In this document: positions 43,780 to 58,247 of the stretch, in pieces | Position numbering within the stretch: the stretch's first letter is position 1 | Layout of the letters: each line of letters begins with the position of its first letter | From: Eledone cirrhosa | Taxonomy: Eukaryota | Direction of reading: 5' to 3' | Length of the DNA: 64,000 nt | Assembly: GCA_964016885.1 (NCBI GenBank) | Contig: OZ024757.1 | Location: 31,186,001 to 31,250,000 of the forward strand | Position numbers and translations under genes: made by a program | The notes under the pieces: generated by a model | What the model was told of the DNA's origin: nothing | Seen by the model: only the letters and a program-made list of their open reading frames with translations | Databases searched by the model: none

Positions 43780-44160
43780 TTGTTTTGTTTCTACGTTAGG
43801 CACAAGGCCAGCAAATACCCAGTGCATTACTGGTACTACTAATAATAATAATGTTTCTACTTTTGGCACAAGGCCAGCAAATACCCCAGTGCATTACTGG
43901 TACTTTATTTTATCGACCTCGTAAGGATGTAAGGCAAAGCTAACCTAATAATGGATTTCTAGTTTAGCACAAAGCCAGCAATTGGGAGAGAGGGAAAAAT
44001 CGATCAAATCGATCCCAGTGTATTACTGGTACTTTATTTTATCGACCTCGTAAGGATGAAAGGCAAAGATAACCTCGGCGGGATTTGAACTCAGAACGTA
44101 AAGAGCCATAACGCTATGCTGCAAAGCTTGGTGTCTGACGCTCTACCGATACTGCCAAGC
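43780..44160 (-). mobile_element. SINE family 1 array
   Basis: One full copy plus truncated units. Confidence 0.9.
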
Positions 44161-44167
44161 CATCAAT

Positions 44168-44376
44168 AGTACTATCTCGAAGAGCTTCCAAGGCTGGTTA
44201 AAGAACATTAGCCCCCCCCCCCCTTTTTTAACGCTCCAGAAGGTATACCTACTAGGAACAGCAAGGACCCTCTAATACGTCCTGAATATCTGAAGCTGCA
44301 GGTAGCAGCTTGATGTTCATTAGGGCAAATCTTCCGGTTAAATAACAACAAAGACTAAGATATCAAAGTAATAGTT
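44168..44376 (+). mobile_element. R4/Dong-like RLE element C-terminus and 3' UTR
   Basis: STISKSFQGWLKNI...LQKVYLLGTARTL*YVLNI* matches the LQKxxLLGTARILR terminus of RLE elements. Confidence 0.75.
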
Positions 44377-44389
44377 ATGGGACCCCCGC

Positions 44390-45145
44390 CACACCACGCC
44401 ACGCTCCACTATACCACACCACACTACGCCACGCCACCACACCACACTACGCCACGCCATCACACCACACTACGCCACGCCACCACACCACGCCACGCCA
44501 CACTACACCACACCAAACTACACTACTCTACACTACATCACACTACACCACACTACACCACACCACACCACACTACACTACACCACACCACACCACACCA
44601 CACCACACCACACCACACCACACCACACCACACCACACTATACCACACCACACTACACTACGCCACACTACACCACACCACACTACAACACATCACACCA
44701 CATCACACCACGCCCCACCATACTACACCACACCACACTACACCACACCACACCACACCACGCCCCACCACACCACGCCCCACCACACCACACTACAACT
44801 CACCACATTACACCACACCACACTACACCACATCACACCACACCACACCACACCACACCACCCACACCACACCACACCACACCACCCACACCACACCACG
44901 CCCCACCACACCACACCGCACTACACCCCACCCCACTACACCCCGCCCCCACCCACCCCACTACACCCCACCCCACCCCACCACACCACACTACAACTCA
45001 CCACACTACACCACACCCCACCACACCACACCACACTACAACTCACCACACTACAACTCACCACGCCACGCCACGCCCCACCACACCACGCCACGCGCCA
45101 CCACACCACGCCACGCTCCACCACACCACGCTCCACCACACCACA
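44390..45145. repeat. (CACCA/CACTA)n pentamer microsatellite
   Basis: Direct inspection. Confidence 0.95.
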
Positions 45146-45235
45146 TCAAAACTTAATGAAGTGTGTAATAGGCCCGTTTGAGCCCTTCGTTGAGATCATA
45201 CGTAAAACAAGTTTAATGTATGCTCAAGAATATAT

Positions 45236-46100
45236 GTACTACTACTACTACTACTACTACCAACACCCCCACTACTACCACCACCACCACCAAGACCACC
45301 AATACTACTATGACTACTGATACTATTACCATCACTATTACTAGTGCTACTACTACCAACACCTCCACCACTACTACTACTGTTACTGCTACCACAACCA
45401 CCACTACTACGACTACTAGTACTGATACAGCTACTACTACTACCACCACCACCACTAATGCTACTGCCACCACCACCACTACCCCCACCACTACCACTAC
45501 TTCTACCACCACCACTACCACTACTTCTACCACCACCACCACCACTACTATTACTACTACTACCACTACTACTACTACTACTACTGATACTTCTACCACC
45601 ACTACTACTACTACGAGGGTTACTACTAATACTACCGCCACCACTCTACTACTACTACTACCGCCACTACTACTACTACTACTACTACCACCACATCTAC
45701 TACTACTCCACCACCATTACTAATACTACGACTAATATGACTGATTCTACTACTACCACCACCACCACTACTACTACTACTACCACCACCACCACCACCA
45801 CTACTACTACTACCATCACCACCACCACCACCACTATTACCACCACCACTACCACTACTACTACCACCACCACCACTACCACCACCACCACTACTACCAC
45901 CACTACTACTACCACCACCACCACCACCACCACCACCACCACCACCACCACCACCACCACCACCACTACTACCACCACCACCACTACTACTACCATCACC
46001 ACCACCACCACCACCACTACTACTACTACTAACACCACCACCACCACCACCACTACTACTACTACTAACACCACCATCACCACCACCACTACCACTACTA
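45236..46100. repeat. (ACC/ACT)n tract
   Basis: Direct inspection. Confidence 0.95.
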
Positions 46101-46212
46101 CAGTGAACATCAGACAGTGATGGGGGTGTTAGTGTCCCACCTGGTTAATATAGTTTGTCTGTAATACAGTTTATATCATTTCCTCCAGATTGGTACATCA
46201 TAACATGTGTGA

Positions 46213-46247
<35 letters not shown>

Positions 46248-46272
46248 ATATAATATATGCATAAATATACAG

Positions 46273-46355
<83 letters not shown>

Positions 46356-46512
46356 GAATGAAACAAAATTTCATTTCTCACTCTTAGTACGGCAGTTTTC
46401 GGTGTGCCCAGCCGACTAATCAGACTCGATATGCAAATTAGGCTGCTCAGCCGTTAATATGCATAAGGAAAGTATATACTTTCAGACGTTCAAACATCTG
46501 GCAGGAAGGTAT

Positions 46513-46555
46513 ACGATGCTGACGATAGCTAATAAGCTTGAAACTAGTACATCGT
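46513..46555 (+). ncRNA. Intact minimal type I hammerhead ribozyme
   Basis: acgatg-CTGACGA-t agct aata agct t-GAAA-ctag-TA-catcgt. Stem I extends as cagga / tcctg past a bulge. GUA triplet. Confidence 0.9.
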
Positions 46556-46680
46556 TCCTGTGTGGTGTTGAACAAAGAGGTGACGTGGTTGCCTAAACAC
46601 TGTACGGCGTAATTCGGGCTGTTTGTTTGTTTACAAACAAACAAACCGAGCATTATAATAAGTGTTCGGTAAACCGATAC

Positions 46681-46725
<45 letters not shown>

Positions 46726-46872
46726 CATGGATGTATATATATACATACTACTGTACGTCTGTATATATATATGTATGTACGTATACATACATACATACTT
46801 ACATTTATATATATATATATATATATTTATATAGTGCAAATTTATACGGGAACAAAACAGAGAGGCAGACAC

Positions 46873-47121
46873 GTACTCAAAATATATGTTTTATTATATA
46901 TATTTCAGAGGGACTGTGGTGTTTTTTTCAGTACGTCCTCATCAGATAAAATATATAAATTGATGTATGTCATACCTCAACTGTGTTGATGGTTCAATTT
47001 CAGTCTTGGCAGTTGAGGTACGACATACATCAATTTATATATTTTATCTGATGAGGACGTACTGAAAAAAAACACCACAGTACCTCTGAAATATATATAA
47101 TAAAATATATATTTTGAGTAC
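46873..47121. mobile_element. Hairpin element with one hammerhead per arm
   Basis: About 111-bp arms (46873-46983 / 47010-47121). Plus-strand HHR 47036-47111 has a 12-bp stem I, CTGATGA at 47048-54 and GAAA at 47088-91. Mirror HHR at 46957-46883. Confidence 0.85.
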
Positions 47122-47357
47122 TTGAAAGTCTCCATTTATTAAAATATTTACGTGAATGTCTCCATTTATTAATATTTTGAATTAATATATATATATATAA
47201 GTAATATAATATAATATATACATAAATATACAGATTATATATAAATATATATATCTTATATATATATATATATATATATATAGATATATATATAATCTAA
47301 TATATACATAAATATACAGATTATATATAAATATATATATGTTATATATATATATAT

Positions 47358-47885
47358 ATAAAGTTAAATAAAAGTCAAATGATTAAAATTTAGCTTCGTT
47401 TATTACTGCTATATATATTTCAGTGACAGCCATCTTTGGCTGTGACCTCTTCAGGCAGTTTGAATTAGTATGGTATAGACAAGTACATATGTTGTTTAGG
47501 TGTATGATATTGTCAATACTCTGATATGCCCAGTTCCTTGTTGGGTTGTTAATTCACTGGGGAACTGGAGTCATATGAATTAACAAGTGAATTAACAACC
47601 CAACAAGGAACTGGGCATATCAGAGTATTGACAATATCATACACCTAAACAACATATGTACTTGTCTATACCATACTAATTCAAACTGCCTGAAGAGGTC
47701 ACAGCCAAAGTTGGCTGTCACTGAAATATATATAGCAGTAATAAACGAAGTTAAATTTTAATCATTTGACTTTTATTTAACTTTATTTTACACTACTCCG
47801 GAGTAACCAAACCAACCTGCGCACTTCGTCGAGTGCTCCAGCCTGCATACTGAGGTGTTGGTATACAACCAACATAAACTCAAAA

Positions 47886-47888
<3 letters not shown>
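47358..47888 (+). mobile_element. Long asymmetric hairpin element with one hammerhead per arm
   Basis: 201-bp arms (47358-47558 / 47586-47786, two mismatches seen) and a ~100-nt tail. HHR 47685-47739 reads actgc-CTGAAGA-stem II-GAAA-tatata-TA-gcagt, then AATAAA. Mirror at 47459-47405. GAGTGCT at 47831-37. (TA)n on both sides. Confidence 0.9.
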
Positions 47889-47926
<38 letters not shown>

Positions 47927-48076
47927 TATTAATAATGAGTTCAAAACTCAGGCAGTCCTTTACAATGAAATAGCTCAAAGAAAGAAGTATTTCAATCTAG
48001 CTAACTTAGTCATTTACAATACAAACACGGATATGTTGGTATTTGTGTTTATCAAATATATTAATTTATATTAACT

Positions 48077-48118
<42 letters not shown>

Positions 48119-48549
48119 CTAATATATATATATATATATAATCTAATATATATATATATATATATATAATCTAATATATATATATATATATATATAATCT
48201 AATATATATATATATATATATATAATCTAATATATATATATATATATATATAATCTAATATATATATATATATATATATAATCTAATATATACATATATA
48301 TATATATATATAATCTAATATATACATAAATATACAGATTATATATAACAAATAAATATGGTTTTATAAATATAGTTTCCATTTATTAATATCGTAAATA
48401 TGTTATATATATACAGATTATATACATATATATGTTATATATATATATATATTATATACATATATATAATATAATATATACATAAATATACAGATTATAT
48501 ATATATATATATAATATAATATATACATAATTATAAAGTTTATATTATG

Positions 48550-48589
<40 letters not shown>

Positions 48590-48688
48590 ATATATACATA
48601 AATATACAGATTATATATAAATATATATAAATATATGTTACATATATATATATATTTATATATAATCTGTATATTTATGTATATATTA

Positions 48689-48762
<74 letters not shown>

Positions 48763-49216
48763 TATTCTAAGACCGTTTTTTATGAGGATATCTTCCAACG
48801 CCCACATGTTCAGCCCTACACATCTCTAATCTTACACACTAGTTGAATTTCTTTTATATAAATTCAGAAATACCTTATTTCATTATATTTTTTTTCCCGC
48901 CTGCCAACTCGCAGCATTAATCGGACATATCAGCGGAAAACCTATTCATATATATGAACACAAACTCACTCTGTATTGTGTGTATATATGTATGTGTGTA
49001 TGTATGTATGTATATATGTATTTATGTATATATGTATGTATGTATGTAAGTATGTATATGTATGTATGTATGTGTATGTATGTATGTATGTATGTATGTA
49101 TGTATGTATGTATATATATGTATGTATGTATGTATATGTATGTATGTATATATATATATATATATATGTATATGTATGTATGTATATATATATATATATG
49201 TATGTATGTATATATA

Positions 49217-49252
<36 letters not shown>

Positions 49253-49381
49253 TGTATGTATATGTATGTATGTATGGATATGTATGTATGTATATATATA
49301 TATATATGTATGTATGTATGTATTATATTATATATAGATGTTATAGATCGATATGTTTGATATAGATGACAAATATATGTG

Positions 49382-49412
<31 letters not shown>

Positions 49413-49609
49413 GTGTGTGTATAAATATGTATGTATGTGTGTGTGTATATATATGTATATAAACATGTATGTATGTGTGTGTATATGTATATAAATATGT
49501 ATGTATGTGTGTATATATATATATATATATAAATATGTATGTATCTGTGTATATATATATATATAAATATGTAGGAATGTGTGTATATATATATATATGT
49601 ATGTGTATA

Positions 49610-49645
<36 letters not shown>

Positions 49646-50208
49646 TGTATGTATATGTATGTATGTGTTTATATATATATATGTATGTATGTGTTTATAT
49701 ATATATGTATGTTTGTATATATATACATATGTATGTGCGTGTATATATATATATAAATATGTATGTGTGTGTATATATATATATATGTATAAATATGTAT
49801 GTGTGTATGTATATATATATATATAAATATGTATGTGTGTATATATATATATATATATAAATATGTATGTGTGTATGTATATATATATATATAAATATGT
49901 ATGTGTGTATATATATATATATATAAATATGTATGTGTGTGTGTATATATATATATATATATAAATATGTATGTGTGTATGTATATATATATATAAATAT
50001 GTATGTGTGTGTGTGTATATATATATAAATATGTATGTGTGTGTGTGTGTATATATATATATCAATATGTATGTGTGTGTGTGTGTATATATATGTATAT
50101 TTGTATATATATGTATGTGTGTGTATATATATGTATATTTGTATATATATATGTATGTATGTGTGTGTATATATATACGTATGTTTGTATATTTATATAT
50201 GTGTGTGC

Positions 50209-50239
<31 letters not shown>

Positions 50240-50713
50240 CGCACACACACACACACACACATTATCTGTGAATAATATTTGTGTGGGGGGAGATGATTGC
50301 ATTTGTGTAAGTGCACTACGTACGTATTTGTGTGTGTGTGTGTGTGTGTGTCAGACTAATACAGATACAAACTCACAGATACAAGCACACACAACCAGAA
50401 ACAAAACACTCAGGCACACACACATATATATACAGACAGACACACACAAAAGCACAACATACACTCAGACACACACACACACACACACATAGACGCAGAC
50501 ACACAAACATGCTGACATTGATTCATTGTCACACACACACACAGAATCAGAATCAGAAACACACACACATACATACACACATTATCAGAAACACACAGAC
50601 ACATACATACACACATGCACACACATAAACACACACACACGCATAAACACACACACACGCATACACACACACACACACACACACGCACACACACACACAC
50701 GCACACACACACG

Positions 50714-50835
<122 letters not shown>

Positions 50836-50925
50836 ATCTGGTGCAATCTATAAAGCAGTATTTATTTAGTAGATGTGTCATTTGATAGCAGATATTTGCT
50901 CATCACACACGAAATACATATAAAA

Positions 50926-50939
<14 letters not shown>

Positions 50940-50959
<20 letters not shown>

Positions 50960-51650
50960 CAAGAACAAATATATAATATATACACTGATAATAGAATGTA
51001 TATATAACACACATATATACAAGAACAAATATATAATATATATACAGACAATAGAATGTATATATAACACACATATATACAAGAACAAATATATAATATA
51101 TATACAGACAATAGAATGTATATATAACACACATATATACAAGAACAAATATATAATATATATACAGACAATAGAATGTATATATAACACTCATATATAC
51201 AAGAACAAATATATAATATATATAACACACATATATACAAGAACAAATATATAATATATATACAGACAATAGAATGTATATATAACACACATATATACAA
51301 GAACAAATATATAATATATACACTGACAATAGAATGTATATATAACACACATATATACAAGAACAAATATATAATATATATAGCACACATATATACAAGA
51401 ACAAATATATAATATATATATACAGACAATAGAATGTATATATAACACTCATATATACAAGAACAAATATATAATATATATACAAACAATAGAATGTATA
51501 TATAACACACATATATACAAGAATAAATATATAATATATATACACAATAGAATGTATATATAACACATATATATACAAGAACAAATATATAATATATATA
51601 CAGACAAAAGAATGTATATAATATATATATACAGACAAAAGAATGTATAT
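50940..51650. repeat. 60-bp minisatellite, about 12 units
   Basis: Unit acatatatacaagaacaaatatataatatatatacagacaatagaatgtatatataacac. Some units are internally deleted. Confidence 0.95.
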
Positions 51651-51690
51651 TATATACACACTTAGAAGAGAATGTATATATATATATATT

Positions 51691-51721
<31 letters not shown>

Positions 51722-51777
51722 GCGGACAAGAAAATTCAAAAGCAAACTTACAAACACCAACAACCACAATAAGAATA

Positions 51778-52355
51778 ATTGTTTCTACTTTAGGCACAAG
51801 GCCAGCAATTAGCCAGTGCATTACTGGTACTTTATTTTGTCGACCCCGTAAGGATGAAAGGCAAAGTCAACCTCGGCGTGATTTGAACTCAGAATGGCAA
51901 GGGCCGTAACTCTATGCGTCAAAGCATGGCGTCCGACCCTCTACAGATACTGCCAATCCACCAAGGATAATAATAATTGTTTCTACTTTAGGCACAAGGC
52001 CAGCAATTACCCAGTGCATTACTGGTACTTTATTTTATCGACCCCGTAAGGATGAAAGGCAAAGTCAACCTCGGCGGGATTTGAACTCATACCGTAAAGG
52101 GACGTAACTATGCTGGAAAGCATGGCGTCCGACCCTCTACCGATACTGCCAATCCAATAATGATTTGTAGTATAAACACAAGGCCAGTAATAATAGGGCG
52201 GGGGGGGGGAAGTCGATTAAATCGACCCCAGTACGTTACTGGTACTTTATTTTATCGACCCCGTAAGGATGAAAGGCAAAGTTAACCTCGGCGGGATTTG
52301 AAATCAGATCATAAAGGGCCATAACTCTATGCTGCAAAACATGGCGTCCGACTTT
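51778..52355 (-). mobile_element. SINE family 1, three tandem copies
   Basis: Reverse-complement heads and cores. Confidence 0.92.
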
Positions 52356-52602
52356 CTAAGAAGAAGAAGAAGAAGAAGAATGAGAAACAGAAGCCGAGGA
52401 AGAAGAAGGATAAGAAGACGAGGAAGAAGGAGAAGAAGAAGAAGAAGAAGAAGAAGAAGGTGGAGGAGAAGGTGGAGGAGAAGAATGATAATGGTTTCTT
52501 TTATTTGCCAGAAGGGCGCCGAAAGAGGGGACTTCACAAAGGCAAATTGCATAAAGTATGGAGGGTTTGTATAGAAATCAGATGAGGTGAAAGAAAAATT
52601 TC

Positions 52603-52636
<34 letters not shown>

Positions 52637-52771
52637 ATATATGTATATATATATATGTGTATATGTATATATATATATATTTATATATGTGTATATATGT
52701 GTATATGTGTATTTGTGTATATATGTATGTATATATATAAACATATATATAACAATATATATATACATATA

Positions 52772-52830
<59 letters not shown>

Positions 52831-53052
52831 GATGATGATTGTAATGATAACAAATAATCTTAAAAAAAGCTACAGTTGCCAAGAAAGACATATGGAATCA
52901 TTGATGTGATATTATTGGCAGAATAAATGTTGCTTCCTTCCTTCCATATTTATTATTTACTTATTTTATAAATACAATTTCATCTATTTTATTCTATTTT
53001 TTTTTAAAAACATGTATTATATTTATATATGTATTTATATTTATATACATGC

Positions 53053-53087
<35 letters not shown>

Positions 53088-53160
53088 GTGTGTGTGTGTG
53101 AATATATATATATACAACACACACACACATATATATGTATATATATATATATATATATAA

Positions 53161-53231
<71 letters not shown>

Positions 53232-53308
53232 TTATATTTATATATGTATTATATTTATATATGTATTATATTTATATATGTATTATATTTATATACATGT
53301 ATATATAT

Positions 53309-53355
<47 letters not shown>

Positions 53356-53407
53356 AATATATATATATACAACACACACACAAATATATGTATATATATA
53401 TATATAA

Positions 53408-53446
<39 letters not shown>

Positions 53447-53525
53447 TTATATTTATATATATATTATATTTATATATGTATTATATTTATATATGTATTA
53501 TATTTATATATGTATATATATTTAT

Positions 53526-53568
<43 letters not shown>

Positions 53569-53625
53569 AATATATATATATACAACACACACACACATAT
53601 ATATGTATATACAAATATATATAAG

Positions 53626-53658
<33 letters not shown>

Positions 53659-53832
53659 TTATGTATCTAAATATCGTCATCATCATTTTAAGGAAAAGCG
53701 GACGTAAAATGATGATTATGAGGATATGTATATACATAAATGTGTGTGTGTATATATATATATGTGTTATATATATATATATGTATATACATCTGTATAT
53801 GTATTCATATATGTATATATGGATATATGTGC

Positions 53833-53869
<37 letters not shown>

Positions 53870-54216
53870 TATTTAGCTTTTTGATGTTGATATTTTTCAG
53901 CTATATATTCACTTAATATACACACATCCTCTATATTTATTTATTTAATCATTATTCCTATTAACTATATTATTATTATTATCATTATTGTCATTATTAT
54001 TTACAATATTGTTGTTGTTTGTGTTGTAGTTGTTTGTTTGTGTTGTTTGTGTTGTTGTTGTTGTTGTTGTATTTCTAAGGCGGTATATATATATTTTTTT
54101 TACAGTTTGATACAGGATAATGATATTATTAAGAAAACCTGTCTATCCGAAAATTCATCATGGCGTCGCTCTCTTTCTCTCTATATATATATATATCTCC
54201 CTCTCTCTCTTTCTTT

Positions 54217-54882
54217 CTCACTCACTCACTCACTCACTCACTCACTCACTCACTCACTCACTCACTCACTCACTCACTCACTCACTCACTCACTCACTCA
54301 CTCTATCTCCCCCTCTCTCACTTTATGTCTGTCTTACTCACTCACTCACTCACTCTCCCCCTCTCTCTCTCTTTATGTCTGTCTCACTCACTCTAATTCC
54401 CCCTCACTCACTCTATCTGTCTTACTCACTCACTCACTCACTCACTCTATCTCTCTCACTTTCTGTCTGTCTTACTCACTCACTCACTCTATCTCCCCCT
54501 CTCTCACTTTATGTCTGTCTTACTCACTCACTCACTCTATCTCCCCCTCTCTCACTTTATGTCTGTCTTACTCACTCACTCACTCTAACCTCCCCTCTCA
54601 CTTTATGTCTGTCTTACTCACTCACTCTATCTCCCCCTCTCTCTATCTTTATGTCTGTCTCACTCACTCACTCTATCTCCCCCTCTCAATTTATGTCTGT
54701 CTTACTCCTTCACTCTCTCACCCTATCTCCCCCCTCTCTCTATGTCTGTCTTATTCCTTCACTCTCTCACTCTATCTCCCCCCTTTCTCTCTATGTCTGT
54801 CTTACTCCTTCACTCTCTCACTATCTCCCCCCCCTCTCTCTATGTCTCTCTTACTCCTTCACTCTCTCACTCTATCTCCCTC
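54217..54882. repeat. (TCAC)n grading into a ~45-bp higher-order repeat
   Basis: Unit ctctatctccccctctctcactttatgtctgtcttactcactca. Confidence 0.9.
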
Positions 54883-55545
54883 AGCTAATAGGAATTTGAA
54901 TTTTTTTTTTACCTTTGCAATTTTCGCGTACATCCGTGTTTATTTATGTGTGTGCATTGATGCACGTGTATGCACTGTTGCATGTATGTGCACTTATGTG
55001 TGTGCATTTATTGTATGTGTGAGCATCTATGCGTGTATATGTATATATATATAAATATTTGTATATATATATGAATATTTGTATATGTATATATATATAT
55101 ATGAATATTTGTATATGTATATATATATAAATATTTGTATATGTATATATATATAAATATTTGTATATGTATATATATATAAATATTTGTATATGTATAT
55201 ATATATAAATATTTGTATATGTATATATATATAAATATTTGTATATGTATATATATATAAATATTTGTATATGTATATATATATATATTTGTATGTATAT
55301 ATATATATATATTTGTATGTATATATATATATATATTTGTATATATATATATATATATTTGTATATATATATATATATATATATGTATATACATATATAT
55401 ATATTTGTACATATATATATATATATATATGTATATACATATATATATATTTGTACATATATATATATATTTGTATATATATATTTGTAAATATATATTT
55501 CTATGTATATTTGTATATATATATATATGTATATATATAGATGAG

Positions 55546-55592
55546 ATTCTACAGGACTAGAACTGTTTCATTCATTAGAAATCATCAGGAAT
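55546..55592 (-). ncRNA. Isolated hammerhead motif in (TA)n
   Basis: attc-CTGATGA-t ttc taat gaa t-GAAA-cagttctag-TC-ctgta-gaat. Confidence 0.6.
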
Positions 55593-55662
55593 ATATATAT
55601 ATTTGTATATATATATATTTGTTATTTGTATGTATATTTGTATATATATATTTGTGTGTGTG

Positions 55663-55701
<39 letters not shown>

Positions 55702-55945
55702 TATATATGTATATATATTTGTATATATATATATTTGTATGTGTATGTATATATATTTGTATATATATATATATATTTGTATGTGTGTGTATATATATAT
55801 ATATACATATATATACGTGTGTGTGTATATATATATAACTGTGTGTGTGTATGTATATATATATTTGTATGTGTATATATATATATATATATTTGTATAT
55901 GTGTGTATATATATGTATATATTTGTATGTGTGTATATATATATA

Positions 55946-55984
<39 letters not shown>

Positions 55985-56113
55985 ATATGTGTATATATAT
56001 ATATATTTGTATATGTGTATATATATATATATTTGTATATGTGTATATATATATATTTGTATATGTGTATATATATATATTTGTATATGTGTATATATAT
56101 ATATATTTGTATA

Positions 56114-56150
<37 letters not shown>

Positions 56151-56273
56151 ATATATATATATATATATATATTTGTATATTTGTACATATGTATTTATAT
56201 CTGTATATATATATATATATTTGTATATATATATATATATATATATTTGTATATTTGTACATATGTATTTATA

Positions 56274-56318
<45 letters not shown>

Positions 56319-56387
56319 ATATATATATATATATTTGTATATTTGTACATATGTATTTATATATGTATACATATGTATATATATTTG

Positions 56388-56418
<31 letters not shown>

Positions 56419-56499
56419 ACAGACACACACACATACACACAGACACATATATATGTGTGTCTGTGCGTATGTGTGTGTCAGTATATGTATGGAAAAGAC

Positions 56500-56635
56500 A
56501 AACAATTAACAAAGCCAAAGACACAGTACAGTGAAGAAATATATTATTAGTTTTACTCTTGGTGTCGTAAGAAAAGAGTCTTAACGTTTCTGACACTGGC
56601 CCTTCATCAGAAAATAGAATGAGAGATTAAAATAG
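56500..56635 (-). mobile_element. Penelope-like terminus with minimal hammerhead lacking stem III
   Basis: CTGATGA-agggccagtgtca-GAAA-cgtt (56610-56583). Palindromic AACGTT. Confidence 0.7.
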
Positions 56636-56637
56636 AA

Positions 56638-56798
56638 TAATTGTTTCTACTTTTTGCACAAGGCCAGCAATTATCTCAGTGCATTACTGGTACTTTATTT
56701 TATCGACCCTGTAAGGATGAAAGGCAAAGTTAACCTCGGCGTGATTTGAACTCAGAATGGCAAGGGCGGTAACTCTAATCGTCAAAGCATGGCGTTCG
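56638..56798 (-). mobile_element. SINE family 1
   Basis: Reverse-complement core. Confidence 0.9.
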
Positions 56799-57122
56799 AG
56801 GAGAGTGAGCTGTGGCAGAAAGGGAAAAAAACCTTTCTTAGAAGAAAAACATGTCAAATTTAGGTCGCCATCTTTTGAAAAACTGTTGAGCGCTCGTATA
56901 TAAGTTCAGTGGTATTTTAAAAGGCGGTGATCGAAGGCGTTTGTTTACAGTGTGTGTGTGTGCGCGCACGCGTGTGTGTTTGTTGTTCTTGTATGTACGA
57001 AGTCAAGAGGATATGTGTGTGTATATATAAGTTTAAGAGTGCGTGTGTGTGCGCGAGCGCATGTGTATATTTGTGTGTGGAGTTGTTGATTGTACAAAGC
57101 TGTGGGGATACGTGTGATATTT

Positions 57123-57158
<36 letters not shown>

Positions 57159-57347
57159 GTGTCTGTATCTGTGTGTGTGTCTTACTCCCTCTCTATGTGT
57201 GTATGTGTATGTATATGTGTATGTGTATATGTGTGTATGTATGTATTATGACAGTTATCTAAGATAGTGGAGTTTTCTCTTCCGTTGCTTCTTCCGGTCT
57301 TTTTTAGTATATCTGAGTAAACTTAAAACCATTAATATAGACATTAT

Positions 57348-57410
<63 letters not shown>

Positions 57411-57494
57411 CTAAACTATTAGTTGGTTATAATGATATTTGATTTGACATATAAATACAATATTACTATAGTTTGGTATATTGGTATCATATGT

Positions 57495-57594
<100 letters not shown>

Positions 57595-57595
57595 A

Positions 57596-57626
<31 letters not shown>

Positions 57627-57627
57627 A

Positions 57628-57658
<31 letters not shown>

Positions 57659-57739
57659 AACATATATATATATATATATATAAACATACATATATATATA
57701 TATATATATAAACATACATATATATATATATATATATAA

Positions 57740-57785
<46 letters not shown>

Positions 57786-57835
57786 GTATGTATATATATA
57801 TAAACATACATATATATATATATACATATATATAA

Positions 57836-57884
<49 letters not shown>

Positions 57885-57907
57885 CACACACATATATATA
57901 TATATAT

Positions 57908-58247
57908 AAGAAAGTACATTTCTCTTTTAAATGTCCCACACGGGTAAAAATATAAGGAAAACAAATTGAAAATGCAACTGGAGATTTTTAAGAATATTTA
58001 TTTACTTTACCGATTTCACAGTTCTTATGATAATCAAAAGTAAAATTAAGATGGTGGTTTTGTGTTTCTGATGTGGGTTTCGCATCGATAGAAACACAAA
58101 CCTCGATCTTAATTTTACTTTTGGTTATCATAAGAATTGTGATACCGTTAGAGTAAATAAATATTCTTAAAAATCTCCAGTTGCATTTTCAATTTGTTTT
58201 CCTTATATTTTTACCCGTGTGGGACATTTAAAAAAGAAATGTACTTT

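Noticed and set aside
45220-46120. Mucin-like Thr-rich protein
   Set aside because: Pure (ACC/ACT)n tract with a frame switch and no splice or signal context.
46189-46208. 20-nt microexon (ttcctccag|...|gtgagt)
   Set aside because: The donor falls in GT-repeat sequence and there are no partner exons, so it is unsupported without RNA data.
50940-51650. Regular 60-bp repeat as a CRISPR-like array
   Set aside because: Units are contiguous with no unique spacers, there are no cas genes, and the context is eukaryotic.
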